Positions 1 to 9,046 of a DNA stretch of 64,000 bases are shown piece after piece. This DNA comes from Candidatus Uhrbacteria bacterium CG10_big_fil_rev_8_21_14_0_10_48_11 (GTDB lineage Bacteria; Patescibacteriota; Patescibacteriia; GWA2-46-9). The DNA is taken from the NCBI GenBank assembly GCA_002793855.1, contig PFET01000012.1:6222-70221 (forward strand). Reading direction: 5' to 3'. The notes under the pieces are model-generated. The model was not told where the DNA came from. It saw only the letters and a program-made list of their open reading frames with translations, and searched no databases. The translations under genes were made by a program, and so were the position numbers. Positions within the stretch are counted from its first letter, which is position 1. Each line of letters opens with the position of its first letter.

Positions 1-395
1 AAGGCCGCCAAGTGTTCAGGATTACTATGCGGACTTTCTGCGGTAGACAACAACCCCATCAAATGCAGCCGACCACCATTTTCTTGCGCGTGCTTGGCCG
101 CAACGTGCAATGCTTCGTTTTTAAAAAAAGTACCGTTTTGAATGTCGCTCGTAATGCGCCGCACCTGCTGCTCGACCACACGTCCAGCGCCAAGATTCAT
201 ATGACCAGCTTCGGAGTTGCCAGCTTCTCCGTCCAAAAGCCCAACCGCCGCGCCGGAAGCGTTAAGCTCTGTCGCAACTCCAGCGGCAGTAATTACTTCT
301 AGATTACTCATCTTCGCTTGAGCAACAACGTTACCGTCGTAAGTGGACGCTATGCCAAAGCCATCCAAGATTGCAATGACAAGCGGACGACTCAT
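1..395 (-). CDS. gpmI: 2,3-bisphosphoglycerate-independent phosphoglycerate mutase (5' part, runs off window)
   Basis: Hand translation: MSRPLVIAILDGFG...GNSEAGHMNLGAGRVV...RLHLMGLLS; ILDGFG and GNSExGH (catalytic Ser) motifs; ATGA overlap with upstream ORF. Confidence 0.93.
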   Translation of the reverse strand, partial: MSRPLVIAILDGFGIASTYDGNVVAQAKMSNLEVITAAGVATELNASGAAVGLLDGEAGNSEAGHMNLGAGRVVEQQVRRITSDIQNGTFFKNEALHVAAKHAQENGGRLHLMGLLSTAESPHSNPEHLAA

Positions 396-1561
396 AGCTC
401 GTGACGATTGGCCAGTTCGAGCAGTCGATTGTACTTGGCAACATGTCCTCCACTTCCGAAACCACCTAGCTCTACATACTCTGCGCCGGTAGCAAAAGCA
501 AAATCAATGAGAAAATCATCGAGCGTTTCTTTTGCGGAGGTACGCAAAATGCGAGGCACGTTCATACCCCTTGCTTTCACTGCATAGGCAAGCGCATCGC
601 CAATCGTTCGAAAATGCCACAAGTCAATGGCAGCCGCGCCAACCGCATGATTGGTGACTGCTTCGGTAAGTGCTCCGGCGTCTCTGTTGGCAACGTCGTT
701 GCGAAGAAAAAGCACTTGGTCTCCATACGTACCCTGCGCGCGCACCAGCGTTTGCTCGTCACGAAACGAATTCTCTACCATACCAATCGGGTAGCGCCGA
801 ATTAGCATATGGCAAAGATGAAGCATTCCTGCTTCGTCGTCTGACGTATCGGCCTCTTGCTCTTGCTGCAATGTCCGACCAAAATCTATGCCGATACGCA
901 CATCGTTACGGCGCAAACCGGCAGCATGGGTACTCTGTAATAATTGTGTAAGGGTATTATTAAGACCATCAACCGTTATCACTTCGTCGCTATTTTGTAG
1001 CGGTGCATTTGCTGACGCGGTAAACGCAGCGAGTGTCTTTCTGGCAAGATTCAGCAACGTTCTTATAGAGCGACGAGGACCACGAGAGGCTCGGGGATTT
1101 ATCGCCATGCGAACAGACCGAAACGCTCCAGTGTCATCTGTATGCACCAAAATAATAGGCACCGGCATTGCCCACCCCGGTCCAGAAAAAGGAGCAAACT
1201 CTCGCAAGTGTTCATACAGCTCACGGCCTGAAGCGCTAGCACCAACGCGAGCTACTGCCATTGAAAGTGCCCGAGCAAAAGGCGCCCAAGAATCTTGGTC
1301 GTCAAATTGCTCACACAACAAATTGATTTTTCGATCCACATCTGCCTGCTCAACCGCATCAAGACCGCGCAATGCTTTGAGTGTTTTTTCGTTTGCAAAG
1401 GTCATCGCCTCGGCAAATTGCTTGTCATTCATCTCGGCACAAGAAGCAACTGCCTCAGCTCGCTGTCCGGCAATAGTACGCACCCACGCTGTGATCGCTC
1501 GTCCTCCGTGGGCATCAAATACCTCACGAAAAGTTACGCTGTGTATCGCCGTTACTCTCAT
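392..1561 (-). CDS. Enolase-like protein, degenerate active site (putative pseudo-enzyme)
   Basis: Enolase scaffold (REVFD, ALSMAVAR, MPVP, YPIGMVE, KETLDD, VAKYNRLL) but PSGASTG, NGGxHA, GDEGG, GDD, IKxNQ and SHRSG motifs lost. Confidence 0.85.
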   Translation of the reverse strand: MRVTAIHSVTFREVFDAHGGRAITAWVRTIAGQRAEAVASCAEMNDKQFAEAMTFANEKTLKALRGLDAVEQADVDRKINLLCEQFDDQDSWAPFARALSMAVARVGASASGRELYEHLREFAPFSGPGWAMPVPIILVHTDDTGAFRSVRMAINPRASRGPRRSIRTLLNLARKTLAAFTASANAPLQNSDEVITVDGLNNTLTQLLQSTHAAGLRRNDVRIGIDFGRTLQQEQEADTSDDEAGMLHLCHMLIRRYPIGMVENSFRDEQTLVRAQGTYGDQVLFLRNDVANRDAGALTEAVTNHAVGAAAIDLWHFRTIGDALAYAVKARGMNVPRILRTSAKETLDDFLIDFAFATGAEYVELGGFGSGGHVAKYNRLLELANRHEL

Positions 1562-1563
1562 AG

Positions 1564-2805
1564 CTACTGCTTGCGATAAAGCGGCGGCACGGCGGCCAGT
1601 TCTTTTCCGGCAAGCAAGGTTGTCATGGCGCCTCCTCCGGTTGAACGATAGTCGACGTACGACTCCATTCCCGTACTCTTCAATACTTCAAGTGTATCGC
1701 CGCCACCGACAACACCAAACGCCGGCCCCTCAGAACGGGCAGCAATAAGCCAACCAAGCGACCGACTGCCTTGCGCGAACACTGGTTTTTCAAACATACC
1801 AACCGGCCCATTCCAAACAATCGTCGCTGCCGCCTTAATGATAGTTGCGTACTCGAGAACTGTCTTTGGCCCAATGTCGTAAATAATTTCTCCGGCTTTT
1901 ACTTTTTCACCATTTTCTAAATCAACTAAGCGAGGCATTGCTGTTGGACTTTTGGCTACCACTACATCTTTTGGTAAATGAATCAGCGCCTTCATCCCGC
2001 GACCAAAAAAGCGTCGCTGCTCTTTCAACAGTTTACGCAGTAGCACCTTCGATACTTTTTCTCCGACCGCTGATTTCCCAACCGGTATTTTTTGAATTTG
2101 TAAAAAAGTATTCGCCAACCCACCGCCAAGAAGAATGGCGCTTGTGTGCGGTGCCAGATTGGTAAGCACGGGAAGCTTATCCATTTTGATACCACCCATA
2201 AGAAGCACAAATGGTTTTTTGGGGTGAGAACGAACGTCTTCAAGTACCTTCAGTTCTCGAGCAAGTTGCCAGCCAGCGTAAGCAGGCAGCAGCTTAGCTA
2301 CGCCAAGCATCGAGGCGTGCGCACGATGTGAATTAGAAAAGCACTCGTTGACATAAACGTCACCAAGCGACGCAAGTTGTTTTGCAAATGCCGGATTGTT
2401 TGCCTCTTCTCCCGAAAAGAACCGCAAATTTTCTAATGCCAAAATATGCCCCAGCTCAATTTTTTTTGACCGCTTAGCAAGCAACCCAAAGTCATGAAGT
2501 AGCGAAAACGAAATATCCCCCACCTCGGGTGGCAGTAGCTGCTGTAGGCGCGAGATAACCGGTCGAAGCGATAGACTGGCAACGCGGCGACCGTGTGGCC
2601 GCCCGATATGGCCAACCAGTACAATTCTTGCTCTGGCCTTTGCTAAACGAACAATAGTGGACACCAACTGTTGCAGGCGAAAGTCATCTGCTACGAGCAA
2701 ACCGCCACGAGCTGTTTTTTCTAGCGGCACGTCAAGCGCGCCACGAAGGAGTACTCGCTTACCTGCCAGCTTTGCGTCGTCAGTAATTGTACGAAGTGTA
2801 CCCAT
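1564..2805 (-). CDS. pgk: Phosphoglycerate kinase (divergent)
   Basis: HIGRP, LENLRF, HRAHAS, DIGPKT, WNGPVGMFE, GGGDT, STGGGA motifs. Confidence 0.95.
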   Translation of the reverse strand: MGTLRTITDDAKLAGKRVLLRGALDVPLEKTARGGLLVADDFRLQQLVSTIVRLAKARARIVLVGHIGRPHGRRVASLSLRPVISRLQQLLPPEVGDISFSLLHDFGLLAKRSKKIELGHILALENLRFFSGEEANNPAFAKQLASLGDVYVNECFSNSHRAHASMLGVAKLLPAYAGWQLARELKVLEDVRSHPKKPFVLLMGGIKMDKLPVLTNLAPHTSAILLGGGLANTFLQIQKIPVGKSAVGEKVSKVLLRKLLKEQRRFFGRGMKALIHLPKDVVVAKSPTAMPRLVDLENGEKVKAGEIIYDIGPKTVLEYATIIKAAATIVWNGPVGMFEKPVFAQGSRSLGWLIAARSEGPAFGVVGGGDTLEVLKSTGMESYVDYRSTGGGAMTTLLAGKELAAVPPLYRKQ

Positions 2806-2856
2806 GCTGCTAAAGAGTGTAGCACTTTTCTCTCCTGCTCGTCAGCGCAACTTACC

Positions 2857-2886
2857 AAAATAACGTACCCGCTTTTGGCGGGTACG
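2857..2886 (-). terminator. Intrinsic terminator after gap
   Basis: CGTACCCGC-CAAAA-GCGGGTACG then TTATTTT on minus strand. Confidence 0.7.
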
Positions 2887-2892
2887 GAAGTC

Positions 2893-3906
2893 TTAAATTG
2901 TTTTACCTACCAATTCTGCCATTTCTACCAGTCTATTGGCATAGCCCCACTCGTTGTCATACCAAGCCATTAGTTTCACAAGGTCACCATCAACGACTTT
3001 TGTTAGGCCAAGATCAACTATGGCAGAGTGGCTGTTGCCAATAATATCGTGGGATACTAACGGTTCGTCAGTAACGTCAAGAATCCCCTTCCAGCGCTTT
3101 TCCGCGGCCGCTTTTCGAAAGAGTTCATTAACGGCTTCAACCGTGGTTGGTTTTTTTACCACAAAGGTAAAGTCGGTAAGTGAGCCAACTGGGGTAGGAA
3201 CCCGAACCGAAAGTCCGTCAAATTTGTCGGTCAGTTCAGGAATTGTCTTGGTGGTAGCCACGGCAGCCCCCGTTGTTGTCGGCACGATATTGACAGCGGC
3301 AGCGCGTGCACGGCGCAAATCTTTATGCAGTGGTGGCGTCGGCCCATCAACCAAATTTTGTTCTGCAGTGTAGGAGTGAATAGTGGTGATAGCGCCCTTG
3401 CTAATACCCAACGCTTCTTCGAGGACCGCGGTTACCGGACCAACGCAGTTTGTTGTACAGGAGGCGTTCGAAACCATGGCGTCACTATCGTACTGACCAT
3501 GATTAACACCAAGCAGATAAGTTTTTGTTTCGCCGCCTTTGGTTGGCGCCGAGACAACGACACGCTTTGCGCCAGCTGTCAGGTGCGCGTTTGCAGCGTC
3601 ATCCCGAGTAAAACGACCGGTGCACTCTAGCACCACATCAACTTCATGCTTTCCCCATGGCAAAGTTGCCGGATCTTTCTCGGCAAAAACCTGGTACGAA
3701 ATACCGTCGACAATCAACTCGTGTTCGCTGTGGGTGATAGAGAAGGGCGCTCTTCCGTACACTGAGTCGTATTTTAAGAGTTGCGCCAAGGTTTCTGTGT
3801 CAGTTAAATCGTTGATAGCGACAATCTTAATAGCTGGATTGTTGAGCGCGATTTTAAATGCCGCCCGCCCGATTCTACCAAAACCGTTAATGGCAACCTT
3901 CAACAT
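2893..3906 (-). CDS. gap: Type I glyceraldehyde-3-phosphate dehydrogenase
   Basis: INGFGRIGR, SNASCTTNC, WYDNEWGY. Confidence 0.98.
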   Translation of the reverse strand: MLKVAINGFGRIGRAAFKIALNNPAIKIVAINDLTDTETLAQLLKYDSVYGRAPFSITHSEHELIVDGISYQVFAEKDPATLPWGKHEVDVVLECTGRFTRDDAANAHLTAGAKRVVVSAPTKGGETKTYLLGVNHGQYDSDAMVSNASCTTNCVGPVTAVLEEALGISKGAITTIHSYTAEQNLVDGPTPPLHKDLRRARAAAVNIVPTTTGAAVATTKTIPELTDKFDGLSVRVPTPVGSLTDFTFVVKKPTTVEAVNELFRKAAAEKRWKGILDVTDEPLVSHDIIGNSHSAIVDLGLTKVVDGDLVKLMAWYDNEWGYANRLVEMAELVGKTI

Positions 3907-3925
3907 AACGTTAACCTTGGGGTGA

Positions 3926-4525
3926 TTACTGTCCTATTTCGTAGCGCGTGAAGCGCTTGATTTGTACATTCTCCCCCACTTTTGCCGTTATAGCAACCAG
4001 AAGGTCTTTTATTGTCTGCGATTCTTCTTTGATAGAGGACTGAGCAAGAAGCGCTTCTGCTTCTACAAACTTAGCAAAACTTCCCTCTAAAATCTTATCA
4101 ATAATTGTGGCATCTTTGCCGGCCAACTTACCCTCCTCCTCAAGACGCTCTTTTGCCAAACTAAGTTCTTTTGCTTTCACCTCTTCGGGAATGTCCTCGA
4201 CTGATAGGTAACGTGGATTTGTTGCGGCTACCTGCAAAGCAATGTCATGTACAAACGACTGAAAGTCTTCGTTGCGAGCGACAAAGTCGGTTTCGCAAGC
4301 AACTTCAATCAACACGCCAACACGTCCGTTCCCGTGAACGTAGGCGTGTACGATGCCCTCACTGGTCTCTCTGTCTTGCTTCTTCAATGCTTTGGCTTGT
4401 CCTCGTTTCTTCAAAAGCTCAAGCGCTTTTGCCTGGTCACCACCAGCTTCTTCGAGTGCTTTATGAATGTCGGAAATGCCCGCACCGGTTTCTCGGCGCA
4501 AGGCAACAATGGTTTCTTTTGTCAT
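3926..4525 (-). CDS. tsf: Elongation factor Ts (short form)
   Basis: LRRETGAG, EVACETDFVARN, KVGENVQIKRFTRY; follows rpsB. Confidence 0.97.
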   Translation of the reverse strand: MTKETIVALRRETGAGISDIHKALEEAGGDQAKALELLKKRGQAKALKKQDRETSEGIVHAYVHGNGRVGVLIEVACETDFVARNEDFQSFVHDIALQVAATNPRYLSVEDIPEEVKAKELSLAKERLEEEGKLAGKDATIIDKILEGSFAKFVEAEALLAQSSIKEESQTIKDLLVAITAKVGENVQIKRFTRYEIGQ

Positions 4526-4576
4526 AGTACTAACGCTATTAAAATAAATCCCCCCTGACTTCGTGCCGCGCGGGCA

Positions 4577-5365
4577 CTAGACGCTTGCCTTAGTCGCCGC
4601 TGGTGGAACCGACGGACTACTAACGCGTCGGGCAGTGCCACGCTTTACGGCGGCGGCGGCTTCGTCAATCATAAGTTTTAGCGAACCAACGGCATCGTCG
4701 TTTCCCGCAATTGGATACTGAACCAGATCCGGATTGGTATTCGTGTCACAAACAGCAACAATCGGAACGCCAACTTTGTTTGCTTCACCAACGGCAGTGC
4801 GCTCTCGACGTACGTCGATAAGGAAAATTGCTTCCGGCATACGTTCTAGCTTTGCGATACCACCAATGACGCCTTCCAGTCTATTGTACTCTCGCTCCCG
4901 CTCTAGCCGCTCTTTCTTTGTCATATTTTCAAATGACTTCTGTTCAATCATCCGGCCAAGTTCTTTATGGCGTGCAATCATTTTACCGATAACCGCAAAG
5001 TTCGTAAGCATCCCACCAATCCACCGATCGTGTACGTAAGGCATAGCAACCGCCTCCGCGCTACTCTTCACGTAGTTCTGAATTTGTTTCTTGGTGCCTA
5101 CAAAAAGCACATTTCCACCCTTTACAACAATGTCCTCAATAAACTTCATTGCCTTATCCATCTGCTGCCGAGTCACTTCCAGATTGATGATGTGTATCCC
5201 TTGTCTTGCAGTAAAGATAAAAGGTCGCATTTTTGGATGCCACTTAGAAGTCAAATGTCCGAAATGAACACCCGCTTTTAGCATCTCTAAAATGCTCGGC
5301 GAGGAGTTCGCCTGCTTTTCTTTATCGGCAGTGGTGACGGGACTTGTTGCTGTAGGTTCAATCAT
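4577..5365 (-). CDS. rpsB: 30S ribosomal protein S2
   Basis: AGVHFGH..WHPKM, FVGTKKQ, RWIGGMLTNF, DTNTNP, GNDDA. Confidence 0.98.
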   Translation of the reverse strand: MIEPTATSPVTTADKEKQANSSPSILEMLKAGVHFGHLTSKWHPKMRPFIFTARQGIHIINLEVTRQQMDKAMKFIEDIVVKGGNVLFVGTKKQIQNYVKSSAEAVAMPYVHDRWIGGMLTNFAVIGKMIARHKELGRMIEQKSFENMTKKERLEREREYNRLEGVIGGIAKLERMPEAIFLIDVRRERTAVGEANKVGVPIVAVCDTNTNPDLVQYPIAGNDDAVGSLKLMIDEAAAAVKRGTARRVSSPSVPPAATKASV

Positions 5366-5463
5366 ACGTAAGATAATCCACGCTTAACGGCGTAGGGTAA
5401 GGAAAAATGCTCTAAAAATAGCAAACGCTCTCGCAATACATACGAGAGGAAAGAGCCTGAATG

Positions 5464-5492
5464 AGTATAACAGCTAGCAGAAATATTGGCAA
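5464..5492 (-). promoter_or_regulatory. sigma70-type promoter of rpsB-tsf-gap
   Basis: TTGCCA-17 bp-TATACT with TG extension. Confidence 0.7.
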
Positions 5493-5526
5493 GCCATTCA
5501 AAAACTCTTACGCGGAACCCGTAGCC

Positions 5527-5555
5527 TTGCCAAACAGCAATGGCTTTGCTACTAT
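5527..5555 (+). promoter_or_regulatory. sigma70-type promoter of rpmE (near-leaderless)
   Basis: TTGCCA-17 bp-TACTAT, TG extension, 9 nt before ATG. Confidence 0.7.
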
Positions 5556-5564
5556 CCTCACACT

Positions 5565-5891
5565 ATGAAAACAGCTATCCACCCAACCTATCACCCAAAG
5601 GCAACGGTTGTCTGCGCTTGCGGCAATACGTTTACTGTCGGTGCCACCGAACCTGAATTGCAGGTTGAACTTTGCAGTAATTGTCACCCCTTCTATACCG
5701 GCAAACAAAAACTTGTTGACACCGCACGAAGAGTTGATAAGTTTCAAAAACGTATTGAAGCACAAACAACCGCAGCAGAAGGTAAGCGCGGAAAAAAGGC
5801 AAAGCGAACGCTTCGCGCCTCTAAGCGTACACGAAAAGTTGACGAGTCGGCTAAAGTAACCGGCAAGAAACGTCCGCAAGCCGCAGCCTAG
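5565..5891 (+). CDS. rpmE: 50S ribosomal protein L31 (Zn-binding type, basic C-terminal extension)
   Basis: [30 protein letters not shown]. Confidence 0.97.
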   Translation: MKTAIHPTYHPKATVVCACGNTFTVGATEPELQVELCSNCHPFYTGKQKLVDTARRVDKFQKRIEAQTTAAEGKRGKKAKRTLRASKRTRKVDESAKVTGKKRPQAAA

Positions 5892-5930
5892 CTGCAACGG
5901 GGCGTCTTTGCCTGGTGGCAGACGATACCT

Positions 5931-7007
5931 GTGGTATCTCACATTGACCAGAAAAAGCTGAAAGAGCAAGTGCTTGCGCTTGAAGATCGGTTGGCTGCTT
6001 TGGGTGCTTCGCACGACCAAGCGGCATTTCGTCGTGTCTCCAAAGAATACCGAGAACAAAAAGAGCTCCTCGAGATGATGGAAGAGCATGATCAGTTGAC
6101 CACCGAACGAGACGGGGCAAAGCTCATGGCTCAACACGAAAAAGACGAAACACTACGAGCGCTTGCCGAAGAAGAGCTTACGTCGCTCAGTGAAAAAATA
6201 ATGACACTTGAACAGTCGCTGGATGAACTGCTACATCCTGCCGATCCGCTCGACAAAAAAAACATCATTATTGAAATTAGGGCCGCAGCCGGTGGTGACG
6301 AGGCAGCCCTTTTCGCCGCGCAGCTCTTTCGTATGTACGCACGCTATGCCGAAGATCATAAATGGAAAACCACGCTCATTAGCCAAAACAGAACCGGCAT
6401 TGGGGGCTACAAAGAAGTCATTTTTTCGATTGAGGGAGATAGAGTCTACAGTCGATTGCGCTACGAAAGTGGCGTTCACCGTGTACAACGTGTTCCGGAA
6501 ACCGAGAAGAGCGGTCGTGTTCATACCTCAACAGCAACCGTTGCCGTACTCCCTGAGGCGGATGAAGTTGATATTAAAATCGACCCGAAAGATTTGGATG
6601 TTAAAGCCTCTACCGCCGGCGGGCATGGTGGGCAGTCGGTAAACACTACTTACTCAGCTATTCGAATCGTACACCTACCTACCGGCATGGTGGTGCAGTG
6701 TCAGGACGAACGCAGTTTTCAGCAAAATAAGCTAAAAGCAATGGAAGTATTGCGCGCACGACTTCTGGCGATGGAACAAGAAAAACAAACCGCCTCAGAG
6801 GCAAGCAACCGCAAAGCGCAGGTAGGAAGCGGCGAACGGTCTGAAAAAATACGCACCTATAACATCCCACAAGATCGCGTTACCGATCACCGGCTGACAG
6901 AAAATTTCCACGATGTCCCGCACATTCTAGGCGGTAATCTTGACCCCATTATTGATAAACTTAAAACAGTTGAGCGTAGTAACCATGACCGTTCGGCAGC
7001 TCTGTAA
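5931..7007 (+). CDS. prfA: Peptide chain release factor 1
   Basis: [13 protein letters not shown] (PxT), GGQ motif, RSEKIRTYN. Confidence 0.97.
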   Translation: MVSHIDQKKLKEQVLALEDRLAALGASHDQAAFRRVSKEYREQKELLEMMEEHDQLTTERDGAKLMAQHEKDETLRALAEEELTSLSEKIMTLEQSLDELLHPADPLDKKNIIIEIRAAAGGDEAALFAAQLFRMYARYAEDHKWKTTLISQNRTGIGGYKEVIFSIEGDRVYSRLRYESGVHRVQRVPETEKSGRVHTSTATVAVLPEADEVDIKIDPKDLDVKASTAGGHGGQSVNTTYSAIRIVHLPTGMVVQCQDERSFQQNKLKAMEVLRARLLAMEQEKQTASEASNRKAQVGSGERSEKIRTYNIPQDRVTDHRLTENFHDVPHILGGNLDPIIDKLKTVERSNHDRSAAL

Positions 7008-7830
7008 CGAAAGCAAGCTAAGCTACCAAGACGCAGAATATCTACTGGCACACGTCCTTGGTCTACCAAGAGAAACACTGCTTACCCATCCGGAACAAAA
7101 AGTAGGCGTACTGCGAACAATGCTTTTTAAATGGCTTACAAAAAGACGTCGACGCCATACCCCTTTGACATACCTTACGCACAAATGCTACTTTTACAAT
7201 CACCAGTTCTTGGTCAATCGACACGTTCTTATCCCACGACACACTACCGAAATACTTGTTGAAAAAGCGCTCGCTATTATTAAAAAAGAGGGATCAATTC
7301 GGACGGTTGTCGATATTGGCACTGGAAGCGGGGCAATCATTATTTCGGTAGCGCTTGGCCTTAGCCGCGACGAGCAACAGCGTGTTAGCTTCCATGCCTC
7401 TGACCTCCACCGTACCGCGCTGCGGGTAGCCAAAAAAAATGCGCTGCGCCTAGGCATTAGCAATATTCACTGGCACTACGGTGATCTACTGCGGCCACTC
7501 CTCCCGACATTGCAGAAAGCTAGCGGCACAACACTGCTTACCGCTAACCTCCCCTATCTCGGAGATAGTGACTTTACAAGCACGAAGCCAGAAGTACAAA
7601 ATTTTGAGCCCGCAACCTCGCTGCGTAGCGGTTCCCTTGGTCTCGATCACAACCAGCGTCTTATCAACGAGCTTTCTTTGCTGCCTTCGCCACGACCAAA
7701 ACTACTCTTCGAAATGGACCCTTGTCACCAAGACGAGCTGGTAAAATACATCACCACGCGACTACCCAATGCGGCAATTGAAGTTATTGACGACGAAGCG
7801 AAGCACCCGCGTTTTATCTTTGTTTGCTAA
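6985..7830 (+). CDS. prmC: Release factor glutamine methyltransferase
   Basis: VLIPR..TE, DIGTGSG, NLPY (NPPY variant); follows prfA; ATG 6985 preferred as start. Confidence 0.92.
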   Translation: MTVRQLCNESKLSYQDAEYLLAHVLGLPRETLLTHPEQKVGVLRTMLFKWLTKRRRRHTPLTYLTHKCYFYNHQFLVNRHVLIPRHTTEILVEKALAIIKKEGSIRTVVDIGTGSGAIIISVALGLSRDEQQRVSFHASDLHRTALRVAKKNALRLGISNIHWHYGDLLRPLLPTLQKASGTTLLTANLPYLGDSDFTSTKPEVQNFEPATSLRSGSLGLDHNQRLINELSLLPSPRPKLLFEMDPCHQDELVKYITTRLPNAAIEVIDDEAKHPRFIFVC

Positions 7831-7844
7831 CGGCTGGTAAAAAC

Positions 7845-7872
7845 AAAAAACCCGCCGCAGCGGGTTTTTTTT
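7845..7872. terminator. Bidirectional intrinsic terminator between convergent prmC and rplY
   Basis: AAAAAA-CCCGC-CGCA-GCGGG-TTTTTT. Confidence 0.85.
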
Positions 7873-7887
7873 TGACCAAAAAAGTTA

Positions 7888-8577
7888 TTATTTGTCTTCG
7901 GTCTTCTTTGTGTCTGCGTCTGACTTCTCTTCTCCTTCTGCGTCTTCAGTTTTGCCTTTCTTTTCAACCTCAACCTCTGACACATCAGCAGCCACAACAG
8001 GAGTTTCCTCTTCTTCCTTACGGGGTGGGTGTACGGCAACCACAACCGTTTCAGGATCATTAGTAATAGCAACACCATTTGGGGTTGGGACATCTTTTAC
8101 GTGCAGTGCGTCGTCGATATTCGCAAGCACCCCTAAATCAACGGTAAGCTCGTGAACCAGGTCAGAAGGCAGACATTCAATTTCAACGTGATCAAGCGCT
8201 TTTACTAGCACACCACCTTGTTCTTTGACTGCTGGTGATTCACCAGAAAATGCCAAAGCAACCGTAGCGGTAAGCGTTTTCTTCATGTTAACCCTATAGA
8301 AATCAACGTGCTCAATGTCACCAGTCACCGGTTGTCGCTGCACATCATGGATGAGCACGACAAAAGGGGCAGCGTCACCAACACTTAAATCAACAAGGCT
8401 GCTTTCTCCTGCTGCGTTGAAAAGCTTTTGAAACTGACCAAGAGTAATCGCTACATCTATATTTTTTTTACCCTGCCCATAGACAACGCCAGGAATGATC
8501 CCCTCGCTTCGCAACCCTTTATTCTTCTTACCAAAAACCGTCCGCTGTTGGACGGCCAAACTAAACTTTTGTGCCAT
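7888..8577 (-). CDS. rplY: 50S ribosomal protein L25/Ctc
   Basis: LRSEGIIPGVVYG, VQRQPV..IEHVDF, acidic tail; start MAQKF at 8577. Confidence 0.95.
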   Translation of the reverse strand: MAQKFSLAVQQRTVFGKKNKGLRSEGIIPGVVYGQGKKNIDVAITLGQFQKLFNAAGESSLVDLSVGDAAPFVVLIHDVQRQPVTGDIEHVDFYRVNMKKTLTATVALAFSGESPAVKEQGGVLVKALDHVEIECLPSDLVHELTVDLGVLANIDDALHVKDVPTPNGVAITNDPETVVVAVHPPRKEEEETPVVAADVSEVEVEKKGKTEDAEGEEKSDADTKKTEDK

Positions 8578-8587
8578 CTCGATTAAG

Positions 8588-8917
8588 TTATATGATCGTA
8601 AATGAACCGTCGGCAATCGCCTCGTGAAGGGCAAGTACGTCATCAGCCGTTACTGGCTGGCGCTCTTTAGCAAGTACTTCGTCACTTGCTAAATCGGTCA
8701 ATATCCCAACTGAGTTCACGCCGAACATGTTTGCAAAGATGAGCGCCACTACAGCGCTCTTGCACTTTACGCAGGGCACGTGCAAAAGGTACGCATCTTC
8801 CTTTTCAGCAATCACCTTGGCGGCGCTGGGCTGATACCGTGTCTGGCACAGCGGGCAGCGAGCCATAAGGCGAAAGCCTTCTTGGAAAAACGACCGATCC
8901 AAATCATGCATTGCCAT
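8588..8917 (-). CDS. Hypothetical zinc-ribbon protein
   Basis: CPLC...CVKC pairs; TTGACA-17-TATAGT promoter just upstream favours ATG 8917. Confidence 0.75.
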   Translation of the reverse strand: MAMHDLDRSFFQEGFRLMARCPLCQTRYQPSAAKVIAEKEDAYLLHVPCVKCKSAVVALIFANMFGVNSVGILTDLASDEVLAKERQPVTADDVLALHEAIADGSFTII

Positions 8918-8972
8918 AATAAAGTACGGGCGAACTATATCAGGTGAGAGAACAAGTGTCAAGAAAATGAAA

Positions 8973-9006
8973 TCGGGGCGGCCAGCTTGTAAGCCGTCCG
9001 CCCCGA
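8973..9006 (-). terminator. Terminator after leuA
   Basis: TCGGGGCGG...CCGCCCCGA stem followed by TTTCATTTT. Confidence 0.7.
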
Positions 9007-9046
9007 CAGTCTTTCCACTCCGTCCTCCTGAGGGAGTGGCCGCTCT

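Noticed and set aside
888-1748. 286-aa plus-strand ORF and similar antisense ORFs over gap, gyrB, pheT and ppsA
   Set aside because: Opposite-strand shadows of well-supported genes
7540-7560. NLPY instead of NPPY in PrmC
   Set aside because: Minor variant; SAM-binding motif and prfA synteny are intact
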